A stretch of DNA of 36,308 bases, taken from positions 1-36,308 of the forward strand of contig JAEOTE010000038.1 of assembly GCA_016839945.1 (NCBI GenBank). Direction: 5' to 3'. The position numbers and the translations under genes were made by a program. This DNA is from Candidatus Heimdallarchaeota archaeon (GTDB taxonomy: Archaea > Asgardarchaeota > Heimdallarchaeia > Heimdallarchaeales > Heimdallarchaeaceae). The notes beneath the pieces were generated by a model. It was not told the origin of the DNA. It did no database searches and saw nothing but the letters and a program-made list of their open reading frames with translations. The stretch's first letter is position 1. Every line of letters begins with the position of its first letter. Below are positions 8,408 to 16,671 of this stretch, in pieces.

Positions 8408-9351
8408 CCCACTAGTTGCTCTTTTAATTTCTTAAGTGTGGTTCGTACCTCTGCTACTGCATTGTGTTGATGAATACTTTCATAATTTATTTGTTTCACT
8501 GAAATTACTGTTTTATCATGTTGATTCTTATATTTGTCTACCACTTTTTGTAATATTATCCTTACAACATCCTCAACGAATACAGGTCTAGAATGAGAAT
8601 AGACAACTACAGCTTGCTCATCCTTTCTCTTTAGCACCTCATGAACAGGGGAACTCATTGATGATTCAATTATCTGAATAATATCCTCGAGTTCAATTCT
8701 TTCTTCTTCTTTCGGTTGCTCAAATAATAGAATTGCTTTAGATCTTTGATTATGGGCAGCTAGTGGAACAACATCCACTATTCGATCAATTTGATACTCA
8801 GAGAATCCTTCTTTCACTAACTTCTCTTTAGCGAAATCCTTGGACAATTCTTGAGAACAAGGACAAACTGTGGTTCCCTCAACTTCTGCTCCTATAATTT
8901 TCGAAATCTTTACAGTATCTCCAATTTTCTCTGCATGTGCTCCAGCATGTAATTTATAAACACTAGTCTTATCTCTTGCTATTGCATCAGAATATGTTGT
9001 CATTTCATAATCTGCAACTAAATTAACTTCTGCATAATTTGCACCAGGTTGTACTTCCATCACTTTTTCTGCTATTTGAACACATAAATCCTCACTATCA
9101 GAGACTACTTCGCTAGCTAGTTCAGATATTACATCATTAATGGCTTCAATATTGCGGGACATGTGAATACCTCTTTTTGTCGGTTGTAAGTCTACATAAA
9201 CATCTATTAATGCAGACAATTCATTATAACTCCCAAACCTTTTTCTCCTAATTATCTTGGGTATATCACATACTCCTACTCTTCTAATTCCTATTTGTAT
9301 TTTTGAATCATGAGACTGAATATCTGATAGTTTTTTACTATTCCATTCCAT
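8404..9351 (-). CDS. mptA: GTP cyclohydrolase MptA (FolE2/GCH-IB/IV family)
   Basis: DIQ, RVGV, KRGIHMSRN, TVCPCS, AHNQRS, LKRKDE, PVFVEDVVR, ESIHQHNA. Confidence 0.92.
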   Translation of the reverse strand: MEWNSKKLSDIQSHDSKIQIGIRRVGVCDIPKIIRRKRFGSYNELSALIDVYVDLQPTKRGIHMSRNIEAINDVISELASEVVSDSEDLCVQIAEKVMEVQPGANYAEVNLVADYEMTTYSDAIARDKTSVYKLHAGAHAEKIGDTVKISKIIGAEVEGTTVCPCSQELSKDFAKEKLVKEGFSEYQIDRIVDVVPLAAHNQRSKAILLFEQPKEEERIELEDIIQIIESSMSSPVHEVLKRKDEQAVVVYSHSRPVFVEDVVRIILQKVVDKYKNQHDKTVISVKQINYESIHQHNAVAEVRTTLKKLKEQLVG

Positions 9352-9365
9352 TCTGTTTTCTCCAT

Positions 9366-10175
9366 TTATAATATGTTTATGAATTTGTGCATTTGCACTG
9401 AAATGCCTGTTTTATCAGAGGAGAGATACTTTGCTGCTATTCCTGTAAATTCTTGAATTTGTCCCCAAGAAGGCTGAGTTATTTCTGAGTCCATCTTAGG
9501 TGTTACTAACTGAACTACTAAAGGGATGTCAATTTCACCACATAGCTTTGCAATGATTTCAAAGTCTTCTTTTTTTGTTGAACTAGTAATAACACATTTA
9601 GCAAATATTTTTGTACCTGCTACTTTTAAAATCTCGCACATTTGAATCTCTTCTTTTACAAGTATTTCCCATTGAGATGAAGCATTTGCACTTTTATCTT
9701 TGATGTCAACACATGCAAAATCAATCTTGTTTGCGATTTTCTTAAGAAATTCCAAATTATTAGTATAAGCAGTTTCTAGAAAGATTTGATAATCATTTTC
9801 TTTTAGCCTCTGAATAACCTCTTCTAGAAATTCTGGTTGATAGAGTGGTTCTCCTCCTGTAAGGCTTATAGAATGTAGGTCTTTGGTTTCAAGTCTTTTC
9901 ACAATATCTAATACTTCTTTTGAAGTTAAGGGATTATTTTTTTCTTCAAAAGATTGTTTTCCAGCTTGAATTTCTACTAAACACTTTTCTGGATTTGAGT
10001 TCCAAGCTAATGGAGAGTCACACCAAATACAACCTTTTGTACCGTGAATTCCTTGTGCAATTGGACATCCTGAAAAGCGTAAAAAGATTTGCCTTAAACC
10101 ATAACAACTACCTTCTACTGAGGTTCCTTCACCTTGGAAACTTGAAAATATCTCTTGAATATAACCCTCTAACAT
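9366..10175 (-). CDS. queE: 7-carboxy-7-deazaguanine synthase (radical SAM)
   Basis: EIFSSFQGEG, FLRFSGC, CX11CX2C, SLTGGEP, LET, QMHKF. Confidence 0.93.
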   Translation of the reverse strand: MLEGYIQEIFSSFQGEGTSVEGSCYGLRQIFLRFSGCPIAQGIHGTKGCIWCDSPLAWNSNPEKCLVEIQAGKQSFEEKNNPLTSKEVLDIVKRLETKDLHSISLTGGEPLYQPEFLEEVIQRLKENDYQIFLETAYTNNLEFLKKIANKIDFACVDIKDKSANASSQWEILVKEEIQMCEILKVAGTKIFAKCVITSSTKKEDFEIIAKLCGEIDIPLVVQLVTPKMDSEITQPSWGQIQEFTGIAAKYLSSDKTGISVQMHKFINIL

Positions 10176-10193
10176 TGAAGTTAGTATCTTTTT

Positions 10194-10201
10194 TATATAA
10201 A
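10194..10201 (-). promoter_or_regulatory. Putative TATA box of the que operon (probably leaderless)
   Basis: TTTATATA on the minus strand about 19 nt upstream of the queE ATG; no SD motif. Confidence 0.4.
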
Positions 10202-10257
10202 TAAGACTTACCTATGCAGTCTACAACATTCTAATAAGAAAATTGAATTGTTGGTAC

Positions 10258-10725
10258 CTAAAGGTCATACTTACCTATTTGATCAAAAGTAGCAAATTTC
10301 TCAATATATTCGTTTACTTTTCTTGCGTATTCTTTAGGATCTCTTTTCATCAAATTTGCAGCAGTAGAATTTAATGGATCATCAGGGTTTGGATTACTTA
10401 AAATGAACCTGATCGATTCTATAACATCAACAAGATTATTTGCTGGTGTCCAGTCAACACCTAAAACACCAACACATATTCGTGTATCAAAAACATTAGC
10501 ATGAAAAACTTTAGTTAACATTTTAACTTTAGGAGGTTTAAATGGATATTCTCTTGGAATTTCGATTTCTAAAACAAAAACTCCGCCTTCATAAAGACCT
10601 GCACCAAAAATGAACCCTCGCCAAAACAAAGTATTATTATTCACTGGTTTAAATGTTGGCAATTCCTTTCTGAGTTCGTTTGCTTCAATAGCTATCCTTG
10701 GCCAGAACTCCTCCTCTGATAACAT
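10258..10725 (-). CDS. Ubiquitin-conjugating enzyme E2 (UBC fold)
   Basis: WRGFIFG..LYEGGVF, YPFKPPKV, FHAN (HPN variant), RICVGVL (catalytic Cys), WTPA, PNPDDPLN. Confidence 0.95.
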   Translation of the reverse strand: MLSEEEFWPRIAIEANELRKELPTFKPVNNNTLFWRGFIFGAGLYEGGVFVLEIEIPREYPFKPPKVKMLTKVFHANVFDTRICVGVLGVDWTPANNLVDVIESIRFILSNPNPDDPLNSTAANLMKRDPKEYARKVNEYIEKFATFDQIGKYDL

Positions 10726-10763
10726 TGTTTCCTAACCTTTTATTTTTGTTAAGGTTAATCTAG

Positions 10764-10928
10764 CTAAAAGCCCCCTGTTTTACCTTTTTGCATTTCTAGT
10801 AAAATCATTAAGATAGCTGCGATTAATCCCTTCTGATCACCTGCTATTCTCTTAAATTCCTCTCTCTCTAGCATCATTGCTAAAGATCGCCATCTTACTA
10901 ATAATTCCACGATTTCTCTTTCGCTCAT
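10764..10928 (-). CDS. Unannotated 54-aa helical protein ending in -GGF
   Basis: Manual translation MSEREIVELLVRWRSLAMMLEREEFKRIAGDQKGLIAAILMILLEMQKGKTGGF*; fills much of the gap upstream of E2, same strand, stop 38 nt before the E2 ATG; below the 60-aa track cut-off. Confidence 0.7.
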   Translation of the reverse strand: MSEREIVELLVRWRSLAMMLEREEFKRIAGDQKGLIAAILMILLEMQKGKTGGF

Positions 10929-11071
10929 TAGCCTTCATCTAAGTGTTATGAGTTGGATTTATTAACCTTGTGTCTCTGTCCGTAATAAGCCATTGAATTG
11001 TTGTTTAAGCTTGTCCTTCCTATTCCAAAAATCTTTTTAAATTTAATGTGTTCATTAAGTTGTGAGTACAT

Positions 11072-11752
11072 ATGAGTAATCCAGAAGAAATGCTAGTTCA
11101 ACTAATCAATTCGATAAACAAACTATCAAATCTTGTACAAAATGTTAATGAAGCTATTAACAAGTTGTCTACACAGATAACAAACCTAGAAGGAAAAATG
11201 GCAGGTTTTTCAACAGTAGAAAATCAAGTGTCAGAGGTTGGACTTAAACTAGGTGAAATACCTGGTATTAAAAGTATGATTGAAAACCTAACTGCAAAAA
11301 TTGATGGACTTTCACCAGCAGATGCAAAAAAAATGGCTAAAGCAGCTAAAGCTGCTAAAGCAGCAGCTCCCCCTGCAGAAACAAAACCAACAAAGAAAGA
11401 AGAATATGTGTCTCCGGGAGTGGAAGAAGAACCAACATTTTCCACATCAGATGAAGCTGATGCAGCTTTTACTGCTGTTTCTGCAAAATTTCAACATATA
11501 ACACAAATGATTAGTCCACAATCCAGTTGTGGAAACATCTCTAGTATGTTGGAAGAATTAAGAGATGAAGTAGAAACACATGTGGGAATGTCACCAATGC
11601 TTTATGAACTTAATTCTTGGGTTCAACGAATTGGAAAAATGCCTGAAGCAGATATTTTACTCCCAGACGTTCATAGTGAACTTGTAGAGAAAATAGAAGA
11701 CTGGTTGCAAAGAGTAACAAAAGCAATTCATCTCAAATATCAGGTAGAATAA
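11072..11752 (+). CDS. Hypothetical protein: N-terminal coiled coil, Ala/Lys/Pro linker, C-terminal helical domain
   Basis: Heptads LINSINKLSNLVQNVNEAINKLSTQITNLEGKM; linker AKAAKAAKAAAPP; C-terminal GMSPMLYEL..W...KIEDW. Confidence 0.8.
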   Translation: MSNPEEMLVQLINSINKLSNLVQNVNEAINKLSTQITNLEGKMAGFSTVENQVSEVGLKLGEIPGIKSMIENLTAKIDGLSPADAKKMAKAAKAAKAAAPPAETKPTKKEEYVSPGVEEEPTFSTSDEADAAFTAVSAKFQHITQMISPQSSCGNISSMLEELRDEVETHVGMSPMLYELNSWVQRIGKMPEADILLPDVHSELVEKIEDWLQRVTKAIHLKYQVE

Positions 11753-11835
11753 AAATACGTTGAAGTAATACCCCCGTTCATATTGATGTAATAGCTATTT
11801 TTTAACTTTAAATTATTAATGTTTTTATTAGTATT

Positions 11836-12468
11836 ATGATGAATCTTAATGATATAAAGGGGATAATAGAGATAAATGGAGAATCATATGATCCTAGAAG
11901 TCTACTTCAAGCTTTAATTGATCAAGGTTTAAAAATTCATGCTCTTAATGGTTCTTTATTAATTGGTCGAACTTTTATTGATCCTTCCCCAGGATTGAAT
12001 TATAAAACAGATTCATGCCCAATTGAGAGTCATTGTAAAATATTTGATAAAGTAAAACACAATACATTACCTAAACAAAACGAGTTAAACAATCAAGATG
12101 ATTTAGATTCAACTTTTCCATCATTGGATCTCTTTTCTCCATCAAAAATAAGTAATGATCGAGCTTATGTTGACAAAATACATGTTGATAATAATGCAGT
12201 TGATATCCAAGATCTTTTCTCTGATTCTTCGTTTGACAATCTAGATTCTCTTTTTGAGGATAATGACTATAAAATGCAGAAAGACAAAACAAATAGAAAA
12301 AACACTACTGAAATGATAGGTATCTCTTCACTGACACGTTATGGTAATCCCTCAAGAATTAATCACGAAAAAATTCCTAATAAAATGAGGGGAAAATGCC
12401 ATTATTGCAGTTCTATAGTGAATGTAAGCTGGAAATATTGTGCATGTTGTGGAAGCTTAATGGATTGA
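11836..12468 (+). CDS. Hypothetical zinc-ribbon protein
   Basis: C-terminal CHYC-X10-CACCG zinc ribbon; acidic low-complexity middle; additional CPIESHC. Confidence 0.75.
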   Translation: MMNLNDIKGIIEINGESYDPRSLLQALIDQGLKIHALNGSLLIGRTFIDPSPGLNYKTDSCPIESHCKIFDKVKHNTLPKQNELNNQDDLDSTFPSLDLFSPSKISNDRAYVDKIHVDNNAVDIQDLFSDSSFDNLDSLFEDNDYKMQKDKTNRKNTTEMIGISSLTRYGNPSRINHEKIPNKMRGKCHYCSSIVNVSWKYCACCGSLMD

Positions 12469-12484
12469 TTACAAAGAAAATCAA

Positions 12485-13807
12485 TTATTCGGTTGTATCT
12501 GCATCAACACATCCTTCAGGAGTTATTGCAAATACTGCTTCTGATTCTGGTAAATATGGTGAATCAAATATACGTATTATCCTTTTTTCTCCTTTTGATT
12601 TACGTAAATAGAACCTTGTTATAGCCCAATGACCAAGAATGTGACCACCTGCAGGTTGTGTTGGATCCCCAAAGAAAGCAGCAGGATTTGCTTGAACTTG
12701 ATTTGTTATTACTACGGCTACGTTGTAAGTATCAGCTATTCTTCCCAAAGTACTTAGGTGATAGTTTATTGTTTGTTGTCTTTCTGCTAGTGTTCCTCTC
12801 CCAGAATACTCAGCTCTAAAATGTGCGGTTGCTGAATCTAAAGCAACAAATGCATACTCCTCCTTATGATTATAAAGCAGTTCAAGAAGTCTGTCAACTA
12901 ATGACATTTGATGATCCGAGTTATAAGCTCTAGCGTAAGTAATATCTCTTAAAACATCTTCAAAATTCTTTTCCCAGCCTAAATCCCTTTGAAGTCGAGC
13001 GTGAATAGCTTTTATTCTACTTGGTGAAAATGTACCTTCTGTGTCAATAAAAACAGCTTTCTTTTCAACACCACCTAGCTCTGGAGGAAGTTGAACAGTT
13101 ACACAGAGTTGATGACATATTTGTGATTTACCAGATCTAAATGGACCAAAAAGTTCAATAGTTTCTCCCAATCTAACTCCAGCCACATCTAGTTCTTCTA
13201 TTGTAGTTAAGGCATCAAGAGCTTTTATTCCATATGTAAAGGAGGGAGCTTCTTTTTGCTTTTCCATTATATCAAAAGCATTTATGAATTCAGTCCCACC
13301 TTTCATTTCAACCAAAGAATCTTTATATTTCTTAGCTGCTTTTTCAGTAATTCCATATTTTTCTTCTAGCTCTCTGATTGGTGTAGTTTCAAGAAGATAA
13401 ACGTTCATTCCTTTCTCCCGTAGCATCTCTGCAGTGGTTTTACCAACTCCAGGAATGTCTTCTAAACCAATTTCTTCCTTGAAAAACTTATATCTAGGAA
13501 CCATCTTTGTTATTTCGTCTCGAGCTTTTTTCACTATTGATCTTTGCATTCCCATTGCTTGTAATTCAACTAGCCTTGTTGTCATTAATTGATCTATACT
13601 AGTTATATTGTTTTCATTGAGGATATCTAAGCTCTTCTTTCCTAAGCCTGGAAGATCCTTAAGTTGAATATTTGATTTGCTTTTCTTCTGTTTTTCTGCT
13701 TCTTTTTCTTCTTCTTCTTTAGCTAATTCAATCAGATGCTCTTCATATTTTTCTTCTATTTCTTTAGCATCTGGTTCATCGGATTCTTTTTGAGCTTTTT
13801 TACTCAT
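12485..13807 (-). CDS. radA: DNA repair recombinase RadA with extended, duplicated N-terminal HhH region
   Basis: Walker A GPFRSGKSQ, QLCVTVQLP, FIDTEGTF, ARAYNSDHQ, FRAEYSGRGTLAERQQ, TNQV, GGHILGH, DSPYLPE. Start set at ATG 13807 (GGTGT upstream). Confidence 0.95.
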   Translation of the reverse strand: MSKKAQKESDEPDAKEIEEKYEEHLIELAKEEEEKEAEKQKKSKSNIQLKDLPGLGKKSLDILNENNITSIDQLMTTRLVELQAMGMQRSIVKKARDEITKMVPRYKFFKEEIGLEDIPGVGKTTAEMLREKGMNVYLLETTPIRELEEKYGITEKAAKKYKDSLVEMKGGTEFINAFDIMEKQKEAPSFTYGIKALDALTTIEELDVAGVRLGETIELFGPFRSGKSQICHQLCVTVQLPPELGGVEKKAVFIDTEGTFSPSRIKAIHARLQRDLGWEKNFEDVLRDITYARAYNSDHQMSLVDRLLELLYNHKEEYAFVALDSATAHFRAEYSGRGTLAERQQTINYHLSTLGRIADTYNVAVVITNQVQANPAAFFGDPTQPAGGHILGHWAITRFYLRKSKGEKRIIRIFDSPYLPESEAVFAITPEGCVDADTTE

Positions 13808-13845
13808 TTTAATACACCAATACTGATTCACCGAAGAGGTTAGAG

Positions 13846-13888
13846 TATTTAAAGATAATACTTAATCTAACTAGTAATTAGTTAAATT
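13846..13888 (-). promoter_or_regulatory. Putative radA promoter: TATA box plus upstream inverted repeat
   Basis: TTTAAATA at 13846-13853 (minus strand); TAACTA-N5-TAGTTA inverted repeat at 13868-13884. Confidence 0.35.
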
Positions 13889-13967
13889 TAACTTCTTCGT
13901 AGGGAGTCTCTGTTCTAAAAGTATTTGAAATGAAAAATGTAAGTTTTCACACAGTTGTTTCTCTAGT

Positions 13968-14477
13968 TTAATATTCTATACCTCTTCTTGCTTTTAATCC
14001 ATTTGAAAATGGGTGTTTTTTTTCTTCAACTAGAATCAATGTATTAATTTTTTCTTCGATAGATAAAAGTGCGTTCCTCCCAGTTATGATTATTTCATCA
14101 TTAACATAAGTAAAAAATTCCTGTATTTCCTCCCATTTGATTAATTCATAAGAAAGGGTAACACAAAGCTCATCAAGCAGAAGAATATCTGTTTTTTCTG
14201 TTTTTAGTTTCTCTCGAAGTGTAGATAAACCAGTTCGTATTAGTTCTATATATTCTCTTTTTCTTTCATTTGGAACATAAAAGTCTGTTTTACCAATAAA
14301 AATGAAACTAGTTTTTTCTTTATTTTTAAGAAAATTACATTCTCCACAATTATCTCCTGTCTTAAGGAATTGAACAATAACAACACTTTTTCCTTTGTTT
14401 ATTTGGGTTAAAAGATATCCAAATGCACTCGTGGTTTTTCCTTTTCCTTCGCCAGAAATAAGAGTAATGTTGTTCAT
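13968..14477 (-). CDS. cobA: Cob(I)alamin adenosyltransferase, CobA/CobO/BtuR family
   Basis: GEGKGKTTSAFG, VQFLK, LLDE, IITGR, KHPF..G..ARRGIEY. Confidence 0.88.
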   Translation of the reverse strand: MNNITLISGEGKGKTTSAFGYLLTQINKGKSVVIVQFLKTGDNCGECNFLKNKEKTSFIFIGKTDFYVPNERKREYIELIRTGLSTLREKLKTEKTDILLLDELCVTLSYELIKWEEIQEFFTYVNDEIIITGRNALLSIEEKINTLILVEEKKHPFSNGLKARRGIEY

Positions 14478-14534
14478 TGGTTTGTACTTCTTTTTATTTT
14501 TTTAAATTTAAGCAACACTTACCTAATCAAAGAA

Positions 14535-14990
14535 CTAGCCTGAACCATTAGTTCCTTCTTCCTTTAAGTTAGGATCACTTTCTATTGCCTTCTTTTCTTC
14601 TTCAATTTTTTCAACTTCTTCTAGATGTTTTGTTGCTTCATCATACATCTTTCCTGTCCCATCACATACAGGACATATCTCCTGTCTAGCTCTTTTTCCT
14701 ACACCTTCATCTACATACCCTGTTCCATGACAATAAGGACAATTTGTTCTAATTACTTTAGCTCCAGTTCTTGAATACATGAAAGAAAGAACAACAAATA
14801 TCAAACCGAGAACTATTGTTATTATTCCTGCAATTTCCAATCCTCTCCCATCAAATCCCTGTTCAGTAATAGCAACTCCCTTGTCATACATGTATAAACC
14901 TCCTATAAAGAGAAAAGCCCCAAACAGAAAAATGCCATAATAAATAACGTAGATATTAATATTGGAAATTTTTCGCACTTTCTTACTCAT
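14535..14990 (-). CDS. Membrane protein with two TM helices and a DnaJ-type CxxCxGxG zinc finger
   Basis: Hydrophobic IYVIYYGIFLFGAFLFIGGLYM and IAGIITIVLGLIFVVLSFM; CPYCHGTG and CPVCDGTG; no J domain. Second ATG (14990) preferred. Confidence 0.8.
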   Translation of the reverse strand: MSKKVRKISNINIYVIYYGIFLFGAFLFIGGLYMYDKGVAITEQGFDGRGLEIAGIITIVLGLIFVVLSFMYSRTGAKVIRTNCPYCHGTGYVDEGVGKRARQEICPVCDGTGKMYDEATKHLEEVEKIEEEKKAIESDPNLKEEGTNGSG

Positions 14991-15059
14991 TATTCTTCCT
15001 TTTGAATAAATACTGAAAAACATTGTGTTTTCTTTAGAATATTATCCTAGAACTACGAT

Positions 15060-15611
15060 TTATTTTCCTACAATTTTCATTTGAGAACTTGTAATAGCGG
15101 AACTAATTAATGATTTTGCAAATTCTGCTACTCCTTCCCCTGTTAAAGCGGATGTTTCAACATATTTACAACCCAACTTTCTACTGATTCGTTCAACATC
15201 TTCTCTTGCAATTTCACGTTTTGAATCTGTTTTATTACCAACTAAAGTGATTTGTAACTCCAGATCTTGTTCTCTTAATTCTCTGATCCAATCTGCACAT
15301 TCCTTGAATGATGCTTTCTTTGAAAGATCAAAAACAATCGCGGCTGCATTGGTGCCAGGATAAAGAATTTTTCTAACAACACTAAATCTCTCTTGACCCG
15401 CCATGTCATAAAAAAGTGCCACAGCTTTTCCTTTTCTGGTTTTAAAAGAATAAGAATGAAATTCAGCTCCACATGTAGGCTTATATTTTTTAGAAAAGAT
15501 ATTCTCTGTCAATCTTTTACAAATTGAAGTTTTACCTGATTTACCAGGACCACATATAGCCAATTTGTAAATGTCATAATCGCGAAATTTCACTTCTACC
15601 TTCGAGCTCAT
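15060..15611 (-). CDS. Rab-like small GTPase
   Basis: G1 GPGKSGKT, G2 YKPTCGAEF, G3 DMAGQERF, G4 NKTD, G5 ETSAL; RabF-like segments; no C-terminal prenylation Cys. Confidence 0.92.
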   Translation of the reverse strand: MSSKVEVKFRDYDIYKLAICGPGKSGKTSICKRLTENIFSKKYKPTCGAEFHSYSFKTRKGKAVALFYDMAGQERFSVVRKILYPGTNAAAIVFDLSKKASFKECADWIRELREQDLELQITLVGNKTDSKREIAREDVERISRKLGCKYVETSALTGEGVAEFAKSLISSAITSSQMKIVGK

Positions 15612-15780
15612 TTAATGAGCACCAATTAACTAACTTCGAAAAATGAATAAAATTCAATGTAATACTAAGAGGTTACGAGAATAAGTACCCACATAATTTA
15701 ATGAAATCATATGAATTAAAGATTTAATTATAAATTTCTTGGTCAATTTTTAAATAATACTTGTTCATATTTCTGATTGT

Positions 15781-16641
15781 ATGAATAACTCTTTTACAAA
15801 GATTGCAATAATTGGTTCTGGAACTATGGGGAGTGGGATAGCAATAGTTTTTGCTTCAGCAGGAATAGATGTAAACCTAGTAGATGTGGAAAAAAGATTT
15901 TTGGACAAAGGAGTGGAACGAATAAGTAAATTTCTGGAAGTTAGTGTTAAAAAAGAAAAAATAACAAAAGATGAGCAAAGTTCAATTCTAAATAGAATAA
16001 AACCTGGATTGGACTTGGAAAAAGCTACAAAAGAAATTCAATTAGTAGTTGAGGCTATAATTGAGGAAGAAGAATCAAAAAAAGAACTCTTCAAGCAGCT
16101 TGATTTGCTTTGTGCTGAGGATGTAATTTTCGCCTCAAATACTTCTGCTATAAGTATAACAACGCTCTCCTCTGTAACAAAAAGATCAGATAAATTCATA
16201 GGAATGCATTTCTTTAATCCCCCCACTATTATGAAACTAGTTGAAGTAGTAGTTGGATCAAATACTGCTGAGAATACAGTTGAAAAAATCATGAATTTAT
16301 GCAAAAGATTAGGAAAGGAACCAGTTCCCTCCAATGAAGCTCCAGGTTTCATAGTAAATAGGATTTTATGGCAATTTCTGAATGAATCTTATAAACTACT
16401 TGAGTCTGGAGTTGCAGAGAAAGAAAACATTGACAAAGCTGTGAAATTAGGGTTAAATCATCCTATGGGACCTTTAGAACTATCTGATTATATCGGTTTG
16501 GATGTTATGTTATATATTGGTGAATATCTAGCTAATCAATTTGGTGATTCATATAAACCTGCACTAATTCTTCAGAAACTAGTTGGAGAAGGAAGATTAG
16601 GGAAAAAAACAGGTAAAGGATTCTATGATTATAATAAATAA
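15781..16641 (+). CDS. hbd: 3-hydroxybutyryl/3-hydroxyacyl-CoA dehydrogenase
   Basis: IIGSGTMGSGIA, VEAIIE, ASNTS, GMHFFNP, PGFIVNR, HPMGPL, LGKKTGKGFY. Confidence 0.95.
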   Translation: MNNSFTKIAIIGSGTMGSGIAIVFASAGIDVNLVDVEKRFLDKGVERISKFLEVSVKKEKITKDEQSSILNRIKPGLDLEKATKEIQLVVEAIIEEEESKKELFKQLDLLCAEDVIFASNTSAISITTLSSVTKRSDKFIGMHFFNPPTIMKLVEVVVGSNTAENTVEKIMNLCKRLGKEPVPSNEAPGFIVNRILWQFLNESYKLLESGVAEKENIDKAVKLGLNHPMGPLELSDYIGLDVMLYIGEYLANQFGDSYKPALILQKLVGEGRLGKKTGKGFYDYNK

Positions 16642-16671
16642 AGAAGAGAAATTTTGTAGTTTTATTGAATT

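Noticed and set aside
6543-10175. Dpd-type 7-deazaguanine DNA modification/defence island
   Set aside because: No dpdA/TGT-like gene, nuclease or mobility genes; housekeeping context favours tRNA archaeosine precursor synthesis.
10764-10928. Calling the 54-aa ORF a ubiquitin/SAMP
   Set aside because: Too short and apparently all-helical, not beta-grasp; kept only as a hypothesis in findings.
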